Positions 1 through 8,547 of a stretch of 16,497 nucleotides of DNA are shown piece by piece. The notes under the pieces are model-generated. The model saw only the letters and a program-made list of their open reading frames with translations. It was not told where the DNA came from and made no database searches. Origin of the DNA: a virus. Each line of letters starts with the position of its first letter. The stretch's first letter is position 1. Both the position numbers and the translations under genes were made by a program. The stretch is taken from positions 1 through 16,497 of IMG/VR virus record IMGVR_UViG_3300029203_000022; one strand, given 5' to 3'.

Positions 1-95
1 GGGGTCGTTTCGAAAGTCGAGATTTTTGGTACATCACATGCACTGCGCAGTGGTACCGTGAGCGCACGAAGTTAGTTGTGTCTAACTTAGTACCA
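1..95. repeat. Left inverted terminal repeat (ITR)
   Basis: nt 1-33 are the exact reverse complement of 16465-16497. Homology continues to nt 95 with mismatches at 34, 36, 46, 63 and 66, and the right copy has 48 extra bp after nt 55. Contains the palindrome cactgcgcagtg (41-52) and a 7-bp stem / 6-nt loop hairpin (69-88). Noticeably more GC-rich than the rest of the genome. Confidence 0.9.
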
Positions 96-99
96 CGTC

Positions 100-131
100 A
101 AAAAAACTCGTACCCCATTTGAAGTACGAGT
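100..131 (-). terminator. Rho-independent terminator of the late operon
   Basis: On the minus strand, 22 nt after the appendage gene stop, an 8-bp stem (actcgtac 106-113 / gtacgagt 124-131) with a 10-nt loop is followed by a run of 6-7 T (complement of A100-A106). Confidence 0.75.
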
Positions 132-152
132 CTGTGTGAATACCTATTCAAT

Positions 153-2039
153 TTAAAAATTTTTAGTCCAGTCTATTGGTTTATTTAAGTCGTCAGTTTC
201 ATATACAAAGTCATCATTAATATTAGAACGATTTATCCCAATAAAATAACCGCTAATTTTGTTAAGTATTATTTTTCCATTAGGTGAATAATTAAGGTTG
301 TTATATATTACTACATTGTGTGAATATCTCGTGTTGCCGTTGCAAGTAATATTTAAAAGATGATTATTAGCAATCGTTATATCATTGCAATCAATGCAAA
401 CAACATTCTTGCATGAATTATCGGTTATAATAAAATCGTTGTTATTATCATTTATTAATATACTAGTTGTGGACTCTAAATTATTGCCACTAATTTTAAC
501 ACCTGCACATGAATTTCTAGCAACGATATCACCCTCGTTAGTATATTCACCATTGCCATTATTTGAACAAGTATTGTCAGAAACAGTTATATAGAAACCA
601 CCAATTACGATGCCTGCTCTACCGTTATTACAGCAAGTATTACCAATATAAGAATTATATTTACAATAATTAGGTGAAAGTCCATGACCGCCCATAATGC
701 CACAGCTTTCATTTTGAGATTGAGAACCCTTGTTATTATTACAAATGTTTCCCATAATCACGTTATAGTGACAATTCCAATCTAACTCTATACCTACACC
801 ATATAATCCCAAATTATATGAACAATTATTTGAACTAATAACGTTATTTGAACAAGAGTTTTCCAGGTATATACCACATGAATTATAACAACTTTTATTA
901 TTTGAAATGATGTTGTTACAAGCAAAAAAGTTTAAATGTATTCCACCAATGATAGAGCCGGCTCTACCATAGTTACAATTGTTTATAGTGTTTCCATTAA
1001 TAACGTTATTTTGTGTCATACCTAAATGATTATAGTTACTAGTATTTGTTAGTTCTATACCAATGGAAAATGCATTTGAAACACCATATCCATTAATTAC
1101 ATTATTGGTAATTTTATTCTCAAATGAAAGTTGACATTCAATACTTTTATAACAGTTATTGTAGTGATTGTTATTAATCAAGGATTTTCCTGTTTTATAA
1201 AACAGAGTATTTGTTTGATTAAAGGTATTATTCTCAACATAAAATATTCCACCCGAAAGCGTGATATTACAGTTATTAAATACACAATTTTTAATGTATG
1301 CAATATTATTAGATATTGTTAATGTTATATTGTTAAATGTTAAATTTTCAAGTATAACATTATTAGTTAATTTTGTCACAACATTTCCAACATCAAAGTA
1401 GATATTAGTATCCAATGTTAATATATTATCCTGTTTATCTAATATAGTAGCAAATATAAATTCGTCATTGCCAATCCTTATTTTGTCACCTGCATTAAAA
1501 TCATCAGTGTTTGCTACTGTTATTGTATTATTTTTTATATCTACAACAGTTATATTTGTGGGATTGTTTATTATACTTATGGCATTATCGGAAATTATTC
1601 CGTCCCTACAATATAGGTTATTTAAAGTTATTTTTTCATTTAATTTAATAAGATTATTAAATGATAAATAATTATTATTTAAAAGGTCATTGACAGTAGC
1701 ATTTTTAATGTAAGTATAATTTATAGGTAAAGGAACAGATTTTGCTAAATATTTTGATACTAAATTATCAAAAAAGCCATTAATAGACATTTCATCAAGC
1801 TTCTTATTAATCTCTTCCTGCACATCAAGGTTGTTAAAATAGTTTTCAACATATTTTTTAAGCGTATTAAATGCATTTTGTAATTCATCAAAGTTCTCAC
1901 TTAGTTTATTAACGTTTTCCATTGTTTTATTTAAGTAGTCAACAACTTTGCATAATAACTCATAATAGCTTAATTCATCATCATACACTAGTGGTAATAC
2001 TTTTTGGCACCAAAATCTAAATGGTTTTAAATCGTTCAT
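153..2039 (-). CDS. Pre-neck appendage / tailspike (phi29 gp12-like): N-terminal anchor plus Cys/Asn-rich right-handed parallel beta-helix
   Basis: 628-aa ORF, last gene of the late operon after connector and lower collar (phi29 order 10-11-12). The N-terminus FRFWCQKVLPLVYDDELSYYELLCKVV is an anchor motif I recognise from Firmicute podophage appendage/tail-fibre proteins. Residues ~230-570 are PbH1-like repeats (N-N-x-I-x-x-N-x-C...). RBS AAGTGAGGT lies 4 nt before the ATG. Confidence 0.8.
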   Translation of the reverse strand: MNDLKPFRFWCQKVLPLVYDDELSYYELLCKVVDYLNKTMENVNKLSENFDELQNAFNTLKKYVENYFNNLDVQEEINKKLDEMSINGFFDNLVSKYLAKSVPLPINYTYIKNATVNDLLNNNYLSFNNLIKLNEKITLNNLYCRDGIISDNAISIINNPTNITVVDIKNNTITVANTDDFNAGDKIRIGNDEFIFATILDKQDNILTLDTNIYFDVGNVVTKLTNNVILENLTFNNITLTISNNIAYIKNCVFNNCNITLSGGIFYVENNTFNQTNTLFYKTGKSLINNNHYNNCYKSIECQLSFENKITNNVINGYGVSNAFSIGIELTNTSNYNHLGMTQNNVINGNTINNCNYGRAGSIIGGIHLNFFACNNIISNNKSCYNSCGIYLENSCSNNVISSNNCSYNLGLYGVGIELDWNCHYNVIMGNICNNNKGSQSQNESCGIMGGHGLSPNYCKYNSYIGNTCCNNGRAGIVIGGFYITVSDNTCSNNGNGEYTNEGDIVARNSCAGVKISGNNLESTTSILINDNNNDFIITDNSCKNVVCIDCNDITIANNHLLNITCNGNTRYSHNVVIYNNLNYSPNGKIILNKISGYFIGINRSNINDDFVYETDDLNKPIDWTKNF

Positions 2040-2057
2040 ATATACCTCACTTTCTCT

Positions 2058-2819
2058 TTACCATAAAGTAAAGAAACAATCACTACAATCCTCAATAATC
2101 ATCATATCAATATTGAGAAAAGTCTCTCTAAATTTCTTTAATAAACTGCTATAATTTTCTGTTCCCTGTTTGCCTTTTACTGTCTCAATATATTTATCAG
2201 TATTATTAATATTTTCTGTACCATTTCCAGTTTTAGTATCATTCCTTGTCAACGTATCTGTACTTTCATTAGTAGTTGTATTATCTTCATTCACCTTAGT
2301 AACTGTAGTCAACGGTACACTATCAGCAATACCTTGAGTATCCATACTATTCTGTGGTGTATCACTAAATCTATTCAAGGTATCAGTATTATTTGTACCA
2401 CTTTCACTACTCACATTTTTACTTGTACCAATATTAGTCTCTGTATTATTACTTGTTTTATTACTTGTACCGCTACCCTCTCTACTCCTAGTCAAATCTA
2501 CATCATAAAAAGGATTAAACTCAAGCAACTCACTTTTATACAACTGATTGTAATAAGGCATAATCTCATTGAGCTTAGCATTTAACGCAAGCTTCCACCT
2601 GCCTACAGTCTCATGCGCAATCTCTCTTGTATAATAATGTTTCAATATCTTCCTGCACAAAACCTGTCTATAGTTTTCATCAAAGATAGGAAAGTCAAAA
2701 TTAAAAACCTTATTCCAACACTTATCTAAAATACTATCAACATTATCTGCACCCTCACTCTCACTCAAGCCTGCACTATTTTCACAAATAAATCGCACCT
2801 CTGTTGTATACTTACTCAT
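2058..2819 (-). CDS. Lower collar protein (phi29 gp11 position), with a long S/T/N-rich low-complexity segment
   Basis: The ORF track starts at a GTG (2831). The ATG at 2819 (MSKYTTEV...) is preceded by RBS AAAGGTGGTGA with 5-nt spacing, so I prefer 2819. The call is by synteny only (directly after the connector, before the appendage). Overlaps the connector stop by 8 nt (ATGAGTAA). Confidence 0.55.
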   Translation of the reverse strand: MSKYTTEVRFICENSAGLSESEGADNVDSILDKCWNKVFNFDFPIFDENYRQVLCRKILKHYYTREIAHETVGRWKLALNAKLNEIMPYYNQLYKSELLEFNPFYDVDLTRSREGSGTSNKTSNNTETNIGTSKNVSSESGTNNTDTLNRFSDTPQNSMDTQGIADSVPLTTVTKVNEDNTTTNESTDTLTRNDTKTGNGTENINNTDKYIETVKGKQGTENYSSLLKKFRETFLNIDMMIIEDCSDCFFTLW

Positions 2820-3711
2820 TATTCTCACCACCTTTACCTACATCAGTCTCATTACTTAAATCTGCTTTATCGACATCATAAGTATCAAGTACCTGCATGT
2901 CCTCTCTATAATCAACACTAATGTTTAAACCAAACATTTTGTTAATCTGCTCGCATGCCTGCTGTCTCATAAACAGTCTTGAATATCTACTAGCAATAGT
3001 TCCACCTAAGTTTCTTTGTACTTCATCAGTTATCATTCTTTCTTTCTTCACAGTATTAACATTGCTAATACCTAAGTAAGTCAATGCTTCATTCCAGTAT
3101 TGAGTCTTTAAGTCATACAGCTTATCGGCTACATAAGGGCTTGTTGTATCAAACGTTTTAATACCACTTAAGTCTAAGTTCTTGTCACCGAAAATAAATG
3201 GTTCGTTACCCATATACTGTGCATACAGATTTTTCATTACTAATCTCTGATTTTCAGTACAAGTAATAATATTAGGTGTTTTTTGCTGTATCACATTTAC
3301 ATCAATAGTCCTCTGTATTTCATACAGTCTTTTACTCATTTCTTGCACATCAAGTATGCTGTTAGTGTGTAACATGTTATTAAAAATAATAACACTGTTG
3401 TTAGGGTCAAGTTTCATTTGATAGCCATTTTGTGCAAAGGCTGTCCTTGTAATAGGTATTCTGTAAACATCAAGAGCGCCACCAATCATAACTTGTAAAC
3501 CTAAATAACCCATGACTTCATCTTTAAAAAATACTGCCATTCCGTCATTGAAAAGTGCTAGTTCTAAGAACCTTGCGTCAATAGTATCGGGTAAGTTCTT
3601 CCAGTCAAACATTGATATGCTTAATTCTGTCAGTCTATTAACATACTGTAGATATGTTCGCTGATTTTGTAAGAAAGCTTCAGTCTGTGTTTTTCTTCCT
3701 TTTCTACTCAT
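2812..3711 (-). CDS. Portal / upper collar connector (phi29 gp10-like)
   Basis: 299 aa. Motifs FDWKNLPDTID, QQKTPNII and KKERMITDEV match the phi29 gp10 segments FEWENLPPTIN, AQKTPVLI and KKERMVTDEV as I recall them, with similar length. RBS AAGAGGTGA. Confidence 0.93.
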   Translation of the reverse strand: MSRKGRKTQTEAFLQNQRTYLQYVNRLTELSISMFDWKNLPDTIDARFLELALFNDGMAVFFKDEVMGYLGLQVMIGGALDVYRIPITRTAFAQNGYQMKLDPNNSVIIFNNMLHTNSILDVQEMSKRLYEIQRTIDVNVIQQKTPNIITCTENQRLVMKNLYAQYMGNEPFIFGDKNLDLSGIKTFDTTSPYVADKLYDLKTQYWNEALTYLGISNVNTVKKERMITDEVQRNLGGTIASRYSRLFMRQQACEQINKMFGLNISVDYREDMQVLDTYDVDKADLSNETDVGKGGENNE

Positions 3712-3726
3712 TGTCTCACCTCTTTT

Positions 3727-5511
3727 CTAATTAGGACTGTTATCTAATGAATAGTTACCTATTTCACTAGCGTTTTTCCAAAAAGTAATACCATTGTCAA
3801 AAATGTTTTTAATAGCTGTAATATCATTGTTGCTACAATTTATACTAACTAAATTACATTGTTGTGTTTTGGTATAAGTCCAGTGCGGTCTTACATTTAT
3901 ATTAGGTACTTTTACTTCATTTGTAGCATACCCAAACATAGTAAAATAATCATCAATTATTTTTGCTATCTTAGGATGTACATGAGTGTTCATACTGTAG
4001 AAATCAAGGAATGTGGTATCTAACATAACATTATTACCACCACCGCCTCTTGAACTAACTGGCAACGTTTTAGCTTGTTGCATTTGAATTAAACTGTTTT
4101 TAATATCAGAATAACCACTAACAACCATTCCTGCCTGCATAGCAGACTCAATTGGGTTACTACTCATATTACCACTGCCGATATACTGTGGCGACATCGG
4201 ACGCATGACACTATTCATGTCAAATTGTCCATTACCTGCTAGTTTAATAGATGTATTAGGATTTATCTCTGTTGCTTTTGGTTGATGAAATACACCCCCA
4301 CCAGTTGGTATCATTGGTTGTGCTTCTGTTAAACCTGCTCCTAGTGTAAGTTTTGCTAAACCAGTTGCGATATTACTTTGCACACTTACTTTATTTTGCG
4401 CCCACCATACTTTGAATGTATCACTACTCCATGGTACAATTGGCATATTGTCAAGTGTTAAACTAAAATCAAAATTTATTGTTGTATCACCTGCACTTGT
4501 TGTTTGTCCACTACTTGTACCATTATAGTTTAATGGACTTGCCATATAATATCCATTAATTACATCACTGAATACTTCAAAATTACATTTACCACTTATA
4601 TCATCAAATAGCTCGTATCTATAATCAATGCTGTTACCACTGCCATTACTTAATGTTAAATAAGTATAAGGGTAACATAGCAACTTATGATTTTTAGGTA
4701 CATATGAACCAACTTTATTTGTTGGCTTATTTACTTGAAATGGTAAAGGGTCATTTTGTTTTAAACCATAAATAGGCTTTTTATTTGTAAGTGTCTGACC
4801 ATTAGTTAATAAATGTTTTATTACTGATTTAGGTGTTAATATAATATTAATGATTTGGTCTGTTTTTCCTTTATTATCAAGTGCCATTATAAATTCTGCT
4901 AAACTATGTTGGTCATTATCACAGTATATTAACATACATGGTGAATACATACCATTATAATTATATTGCAATTCTGAAATAGCGCCTTGTTCATCAGCAC
5001 CACTTACTATTATTAAACACCAGTCATTAAAAATTCCACTTTTAATCGGTTGGTCATACATCATTTGTCCGGTTGGAATATTTTCACCAACTAAACAGTC
5101 ATTTGTATTATCAGTTGCGTGATGTTCTCTTTCAACAAAACTCTCTTTAAGGGTACAGTCAAAAAGGAACCATGTTTGCATAACATCAATTGTAAAATAC
5201 ACATTGCTGACTTTATCGTTTACATATTCAATATTAGTAATAAAAGCATAAAACCATTTAGTGCTATAGTTGCTATTTTGAAACATCATATAGTTGCAAT
5301 TATAAATACTCTCTGCACTTGCACTCATTCTCACAACACCCTGCTGTCCGTTAATTCTCTGAAAACTAGCTTTATCCATAGTCCTGCTAACTTTACTATC
5401 AAAATAACTTTTCTGTGCGCTTCTGCTTGCGAAATAAATAGTATCTTTATAACTGCTATCTATCGGTACACCACTACATAATTTGATAACACTATTAGGT
5501 TGTATCTGCAT
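3727..5511 (-). CDS. Tail knob protein (phi29 gp9-like)
   Basis: The position between capsid and connector matches phi29 gene 9, and the size (~594 aa) is similar. The start is moved to the ATG at 5511 (MQIQPNSVIKLCSGVPIDSSYKDTIYF) because it has RBS AAAGGTGGTGA with 4-nt spacing. This N-terminus resembles the phi29 gp9 N-terminus (...VRILADVPFSNDYKNTRWF). Confidence 0.8.
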   Translation of the reverse strand: MQIQPNSVIKLCSGVPIDSSYKDTIYFASRSAQKSYFDSKVSRTMDKASFQRINGQQGVVRMSASAESIYNCNYMMFQNSNYSTKWFYAFITNIEYVNDKVSNVYFTIDVMQTWFLFDCTLKESFVEREHHATDNTNDCLVGENIPTGQMMYDQPIKSGIFNDWCLIIVSGADEQGAISELQYNYNGMYSPCMLIYCDNDQHSLAEFIMALDNKGKTDQIINIILTPKSVIKHLLTNGQTLTNKKPIYGLKQNDPLPFQVNKPTNKVGSYVPKNHKLLCYPYTYLTLSNGSGNSIDYRYELFDDISGKCNFEVFSDVINGYYMASPLNYNGTSSGQTTSAGDTTINFDFSLTLDNMPIVPWSSDTFKVWWAQNKVSVQSNIATGLAKLTLGAGLTEAQPMIPTGGGVFHQPKATEINPNTSIKLAGNGQFDMNSVMRPMSPQYIGSGNMSSNPIESAMQAGMVVSGYSDIKNSLIQMQQAKTLPVSSRGGGGNNVMLDTTFLDFYSMNTHVHPKIAKIIDDYFTMFGYATNEVKVPNINVRPHWTYTKTQQCNLVSINCSNNDITAIKNIFDNGITFWKNASEIGNYSLDNSPN

Positions 5512-5532
5512 ATTTTCACCACCTTTACAATA

Positions 5533-5558
5533 GCAGGAAAGCACTTACGCTCTCCTGC
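5533..5558 (-). other. Intergenic stem-loop after the capsid gene (mRNA stabiliser or partial terminator)
   Basis: Minus-strand RNA gcaggagagc-gtaagt-gctttcctgc forms a 10-bp stem with one G.U pair (an A.C mismatch on the plus strand) and a 6-nt loop. It has only a weak U-tract (uauugu), and the RBS of the tail knob gene follows. Confidence 0.4.
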
Positions 5559-5568
5559 CATATTTAAT

Positions 5569-6936
5569 CTACGCAACTGTGATAGTTGCTTCACCAACTT
5601 TAGTACTATTAAATGTGCTAGTAGCTTTAACTGTAATAGTTCCTGGTGTAGCATCACTATTAACTTTAAGCAGACCTGTACTTGAAATACTAGCCTTAGC
5701 ATCCTCTTCTGCAATACTCCAAATAACACTCTGTGGTGCATAGTTATCAGTATCAACAGTAACACTCAACTGTAACTGGCCACCTACGCTAACTGTAGCT
5801 TCACTAGGTGTAACTGTAACTGTCTTGACTGCAGGTACACCTGCAACAAATACTGCATTGTTTGAGAATGGAGACACTGAAAATGTTTTCCATACATGAT
5901 ACCAGTAGTTCCAATACAGTCCCTCACCGTTGTACTGTTCTGTAAAGTTCTGATAGTTGTCAAATATCATGAACCAGTCACTATCAACCAATACGCAAGG
6001 TATAGTGTCAAGTGCTTTAAGCTCTTCTGCTGTTATCTTTGTATAAGTTGGGTCATCAGCAAAGAGAATATTTAATCTCTCAATGTCTAAATCTCCGAAA
6101 CTATCTACAAGTACACGATGTCCGTCAAACTCTGCTCTATCCATATTAAAAGCACTGGCAAGTACTTCAACATTCATAGTAGCATCAAACTGTGAATTGA
6201 CTAATAAATACTGTTCCTGCTTAGGTGTATGGTTCATAACCCCTGCAAGATTATTTTTTGAGTTAAGGAAAGTAAACTTGTTTGATACTCCCTTGATAGT
6301 ACTAACAATACTATTCATGTTTGCTGTATTAATATCAGCAATAGTAACTGGCTTCATTAGTCCATTTAAGATATGTTTTGCAAGCATATACTTCATAGTC
6401 TGAAACTCGTCATAGTTAGCACCAGTATACATAGCGTCTACAATCTTAGCAATCAAATCTGTAATGCCGTCAATAGACAGAAAAGCCTGCCTCAACTGGT
6501 CATTTGAAATTGTAGCTTTGTAGAACTTCTGATAGTTCATAATGTGAAACGCACTGCGTACATCGGGAATTTCACGTTTGAACACATTAGACTCTGCAAC
6601 TTGTGGGTCATACTGAAACGGATTTGCGATATTAACAAATACTTCCTCTATAGACTCACCAAATTCGAGCATGCCCTTTTTAAACATAGCCCATGGGTTG
6701 TCATATGATTTGCTTGTTAAAATTACTCTGCCTATTCTGTTTACAAGAGCTGATAAAAACTCGTTCTGCAAAGCAGGATAGTCCATAATTACTGCACCGA
6801 TTTCTCTAATCGAGTCAGAGTCAGCTGTAGCCTGCGGTACATAATCTCTGTAATTTGTGCTTGCGTTATTTCTTATTGCATTTAAGATGTCAACGCTTGA
6901 ATTAGTAAGTGTCTTAATTTTTGGTTTTGTAGCCAT
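5569..6936 (-). CDS. Major capsid protein (phi29 gp8-like) with C-terminal Big_2 Ig-like domain
   Basis: 455 aa. The segments DILNAIRN, LVNRIGRV, VLASAFNMDRAEF, DSDWFMIFDN and GLYWNYWYHVWKTFSVSPF parallel phi29 gp8 (DIVNAIRN, LVDRIGLV, VLAKAFNMNRTDF, DKDWFMVYDN, GLYWNYYYHVWQTLSVSRF). The C-terminal ~85 aa (VTVTPSEATVSVGGQLQL...ITVKATS) is a typical Big_2 pattern. Confidence 0.95.
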   Translation of the reverse strand: MATKPKIKTLTNSSVDILNAIRNNASTNYRDYVPQATADSDSIREIGAVIMDYPALQNEFLSALVNRIGRVILTSKSYDNPWAMFKKGMLEFGESIEEVFVNIANPFQYDPQVAESNVFKREIPDVRSAFHIMNYQKFYKATISNDQLRQAFLSIDGITDLIAKIVDAMYTGANYDEFQTMKYMLAKHILNGLMKPVTIADINTANMNSIVSTIKGVSNKFTFLNSKNNLAGVMNHTPKQEQYLLVNSQFDATMNVEVLASAFNMDRAEFDGHRVLVDSFGDLDIERLNILFADDPTYTKITAEELKALDTIPCVLVDSDWFMIFDNYQNFTEQYNGEGLYWNYWYHVWKTFSVSPFSNNAVFVAGVPAVKTVTVTPSEATVSVGGQLQLSVTVDTDNYAPQSVIWSIAEEDAKASISSTGLLKVNSDATPGTITVKATSTFNSTKVGEATITVA

Positions 6937-6941
6937 AAATC

Positions 6942-7262
6942 CTAGCCCTCTCTTTCTTTAAATAAATCATCAAAGGAAATGTCTTTACCGTCGCCAGTAA
7001 TATCTTCCTTTTGTTCTTTCATTGCTGTTGTAGGGTCTGTGCCCTCTTTGCCCTCAAAAAATCGTGCTTTATATTTCTCTCTCCACTCATTGTCATTCTG
7101 TTCGTATTTTGTTTTCCAATCAGTAGTATCACTTGCACGACTTTCAAGGTCATTGAATGTATCAGTAAAATTCTCAATCATAGTAAGCGTGCTATCATCA
7201 GCGTTATCACCTGCTAATCCTTTTACTGCATTCATAAAATCATCATGTGAAAGTACTGCCAT
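6942..7262 (-). CDS. Scaffolding protein (phi29 gp7 position)
   Basis: Small acidic, helix-prone protein immediately upstream of the capsid gene. The start is set at the ATG at 7262 (MAVLSHDDF...) with RBS AAGAGGTGA 4 nt upstream. The track's longer version (to 7310) would overlap the upstream gene. Confidence 0.6.
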   Translation of the reverse strand: MAVLSHDDFMNAVKGLAGDNADDSTLTMIENFTDTFNDLESRASDTTDWKTKYEQNDNEWREKYKARFFEGKEGTDPTTAMKEQKEDITGDGKDISFDDLFKEREG

Positions 7263-7282
7263 TTTTCTCACCTCTTTTCTAT

Positions 7283-7885
7283 TTAAAATATTGGTCTGCA
7301 CATCATCCAAACTGGCATACCTTTTCGCTTAGTTGGTGTAGGCGGTGTGGGCGGAGTAGGCGGTGTGGGCGGAGTAGGTGGTGTAACACCAGTTAAGTAT
7401 TCATACCAGTTATTAGCATATGATAAACGTTTAGGAAGTTCTTCTGCGCTCGCACGTTCTCTTTCATATAAATATGCTTTACATGCTTCTGTGACATCGG
7501 TTAATTTTGAAAATTCTTCACCAGTATATGTATAACCCAATGCAGGCTTTGGTAACCATTGATTACCATAGCCGTTTATTATTTCATCCCACATTAACTG
7601 TGTTTGTATTTCACCAGTAGCCCAATCTGAACCGTGAGCACTTGCATAATCTGTTAGGTTACTGCTAGGTGTCCATTGTATCAAGCCCCAACCACTGCTT
7701 GCACTTGCTGATTGTTTCATACCTGGGTTAATGTTTGACTCCTGCTGTAAGTTTCCTAACATGCCTGCTACACTTTCAATGGTAAAACCTTTACTGTTGA
7801 AATAGCCATAAAATTCAGTAGCATTATTTTCCATTTCGGATTGTGTTAAATATGCTCTTACTCCTACTTTAACTACCCATGCCAT
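7283..7885 (-). CDS. Tail-associated lysozyme-like peptidoglycan hydrolase (phage tail lysozyme family, phi29 gp13 N-domain-like) with a (TPP)n linker and a short basic/hydrophobic C-tail
   Basis: The motif AGMLGNLQQESNINPG...GWGLIQWT is the signature I associate with the phage tail lysozyme (Phage_lysozyme2) family. The C-terminus is TPPTPPTPPTPPTPPTPTKRKGMPVWMMCRPIF. The start overlaps the endolysin stop (TAATG). Confidence 0.7.
   Translation of the reverse strand: MAWVVKVGVRAYLTQSEMENNATEFYGYFNSKGFTIESVAGMLGNLQQESNINPGMKQSASASSGWGLIQWTPSSNLTDYASAHGSDWATGEIQTQLMWDEIINGYGNQWLPKPALGYTYTGEEFSKLTDVTEACKAYLYERERASAEELPKRLSYANNWYEYLTGVTPPTPPTPPTPPTPPTPTKRKGMPVWMMCRPIF
7335..7385. repeat. Tandem 9-nt repeats encoding the TPP linker
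   Basis: ggtgtaggc ggtgtgggc ggagtaggc ggtgtgggc ggagtaggt ggtgta. The 17-mer ggtgtgggcggagtagg occurs twice (7344-7360, 7362-7378). Confidence 0.9.
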
Positions 7886-8547
7886 TATCTTATACCTAAA
7901 CTAAAAAGCTTATTCCATGTGTTTTTACCACACTTACCGTCAACAGTTAGTCCATAATCTGTCTGAAAATTCTCACATGCTCTTACACAACCTGTACCAT
8001 ATTTTGTATCAATGCTACCAGTATAATATCCTAACTTTGTCATAAGTATTTCAAACACTGTTACATCATTATTTGATGAGCTTTTCTTTAATAAATTCAT
8101 ATTATAGCCTGCACTCCCTTTGTCTCCGTTATAACGTAAATGATAACTCCAACCATAACTAGGCGTGTAATATTTTCTTATACATATTTCTTTGCCTGTT
8201 TGGTCTCCTGCTTTACGTCCTTTTGTAGTTCCGTTTTCATCAATGCTTGCATGAACTATATGCTCACTATCTGTTGAAACACATACATGATGTCCTACAG
8301 CTAAATGAATATCACCTTTTTGAAAAGGTCTGTTACAAGAAGTAAAGCCACAGCGTTTTAACTGCTCATACAAGTTTCGTGTTGTACTGTTTACATTTAC
8401 ATTAAAACCTGCTGTAGCAAGTGCATGTCCAACTAATGAGCTACAATCAAAGTCAGGATTACCACCTCTGTTAATCTGTGAGTAGCCATGCGAATTGTCA
8501 TTTGCTATTGCAATCATATAATCTGTGTAAGTATCAACTTTACTCAT
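7885..8547 (-). CDS. Endolysin: N-terminal cysteine-peptidase/amidase-type domain (NlpC/P60-CHAP-Amidase_5-like) plus C-terminal PG_binding_1 domain
   Basis: Candidate catalytic Cys in NPDFDCSSLVGHAL and downstream His residues (GHHVCV, IVHAS), followed by GDQTGKEI. The C-terminal LGYYTGSIDTKYGTGCVRACENFQTDYGLTVDGKCGKNTWNKL is the classic peptidoglycan-binding repeat pattern. The preferred start is the ATG at 8547 (MSKVD, RBS GAAAGAAGTGA) rather than the GTG at 8556. Confidence 0.85.
   Translation of the reverse strand: MSKVDTYTDYMIAIANDNSHGYSQINRGGNPDFDCSSLVGHALATAGFNVNVNSTTRNLYEQLKRCGFTSCNRPFQKGDIHLAVGHHVCVSTDSEHIVHASIDENGTTKGRKAGDQTGKEICIRKYYTPSYGWSYHLRYNGDKGSAGYNMNLLKKSSSNNDVTVFEILMTKLGYYTGSIDTKYGTGCVRACENFQTDYGLTVDGKCGKNTWNKLFSLGIR

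Noticed and set aside
41-52. Perfect 12-bp palindrome cactgcgcagtg in the left ITR as an operator or restriction-type site
   Set aside because: The corresponding right-end sequence is cactgtgcagtg, where the palindrome is broken. Strict dyad symmetry is therefore not conserved between the two ends, and functional significance is doubtful.
7335-7385. Short tandem repeats as a possible CRISPR array or minisatellite regulatory element
   Set aside because: The units are 9 nt, contiguous with no spacers, in frame, and encode the TPP linker of the lysozyme-like protein.
385-7535. Plus-strand ORFs in the track (385-594, 1131-1322, 1468-1671, 2334-2585, 5119-5481, 5500-5685, 6083-6403, 6979-7332, 7011-7217, 7347-7535) and the minus-strand ORF 5460-5765
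   Set aside because: All lie antisense to, or out of frame within, strongly supported structural genes. They have no RBS and translate to low-complexity Ile/Phe/Ser/Cys-rich strings typical of antisense frames in AT-rich DNA.
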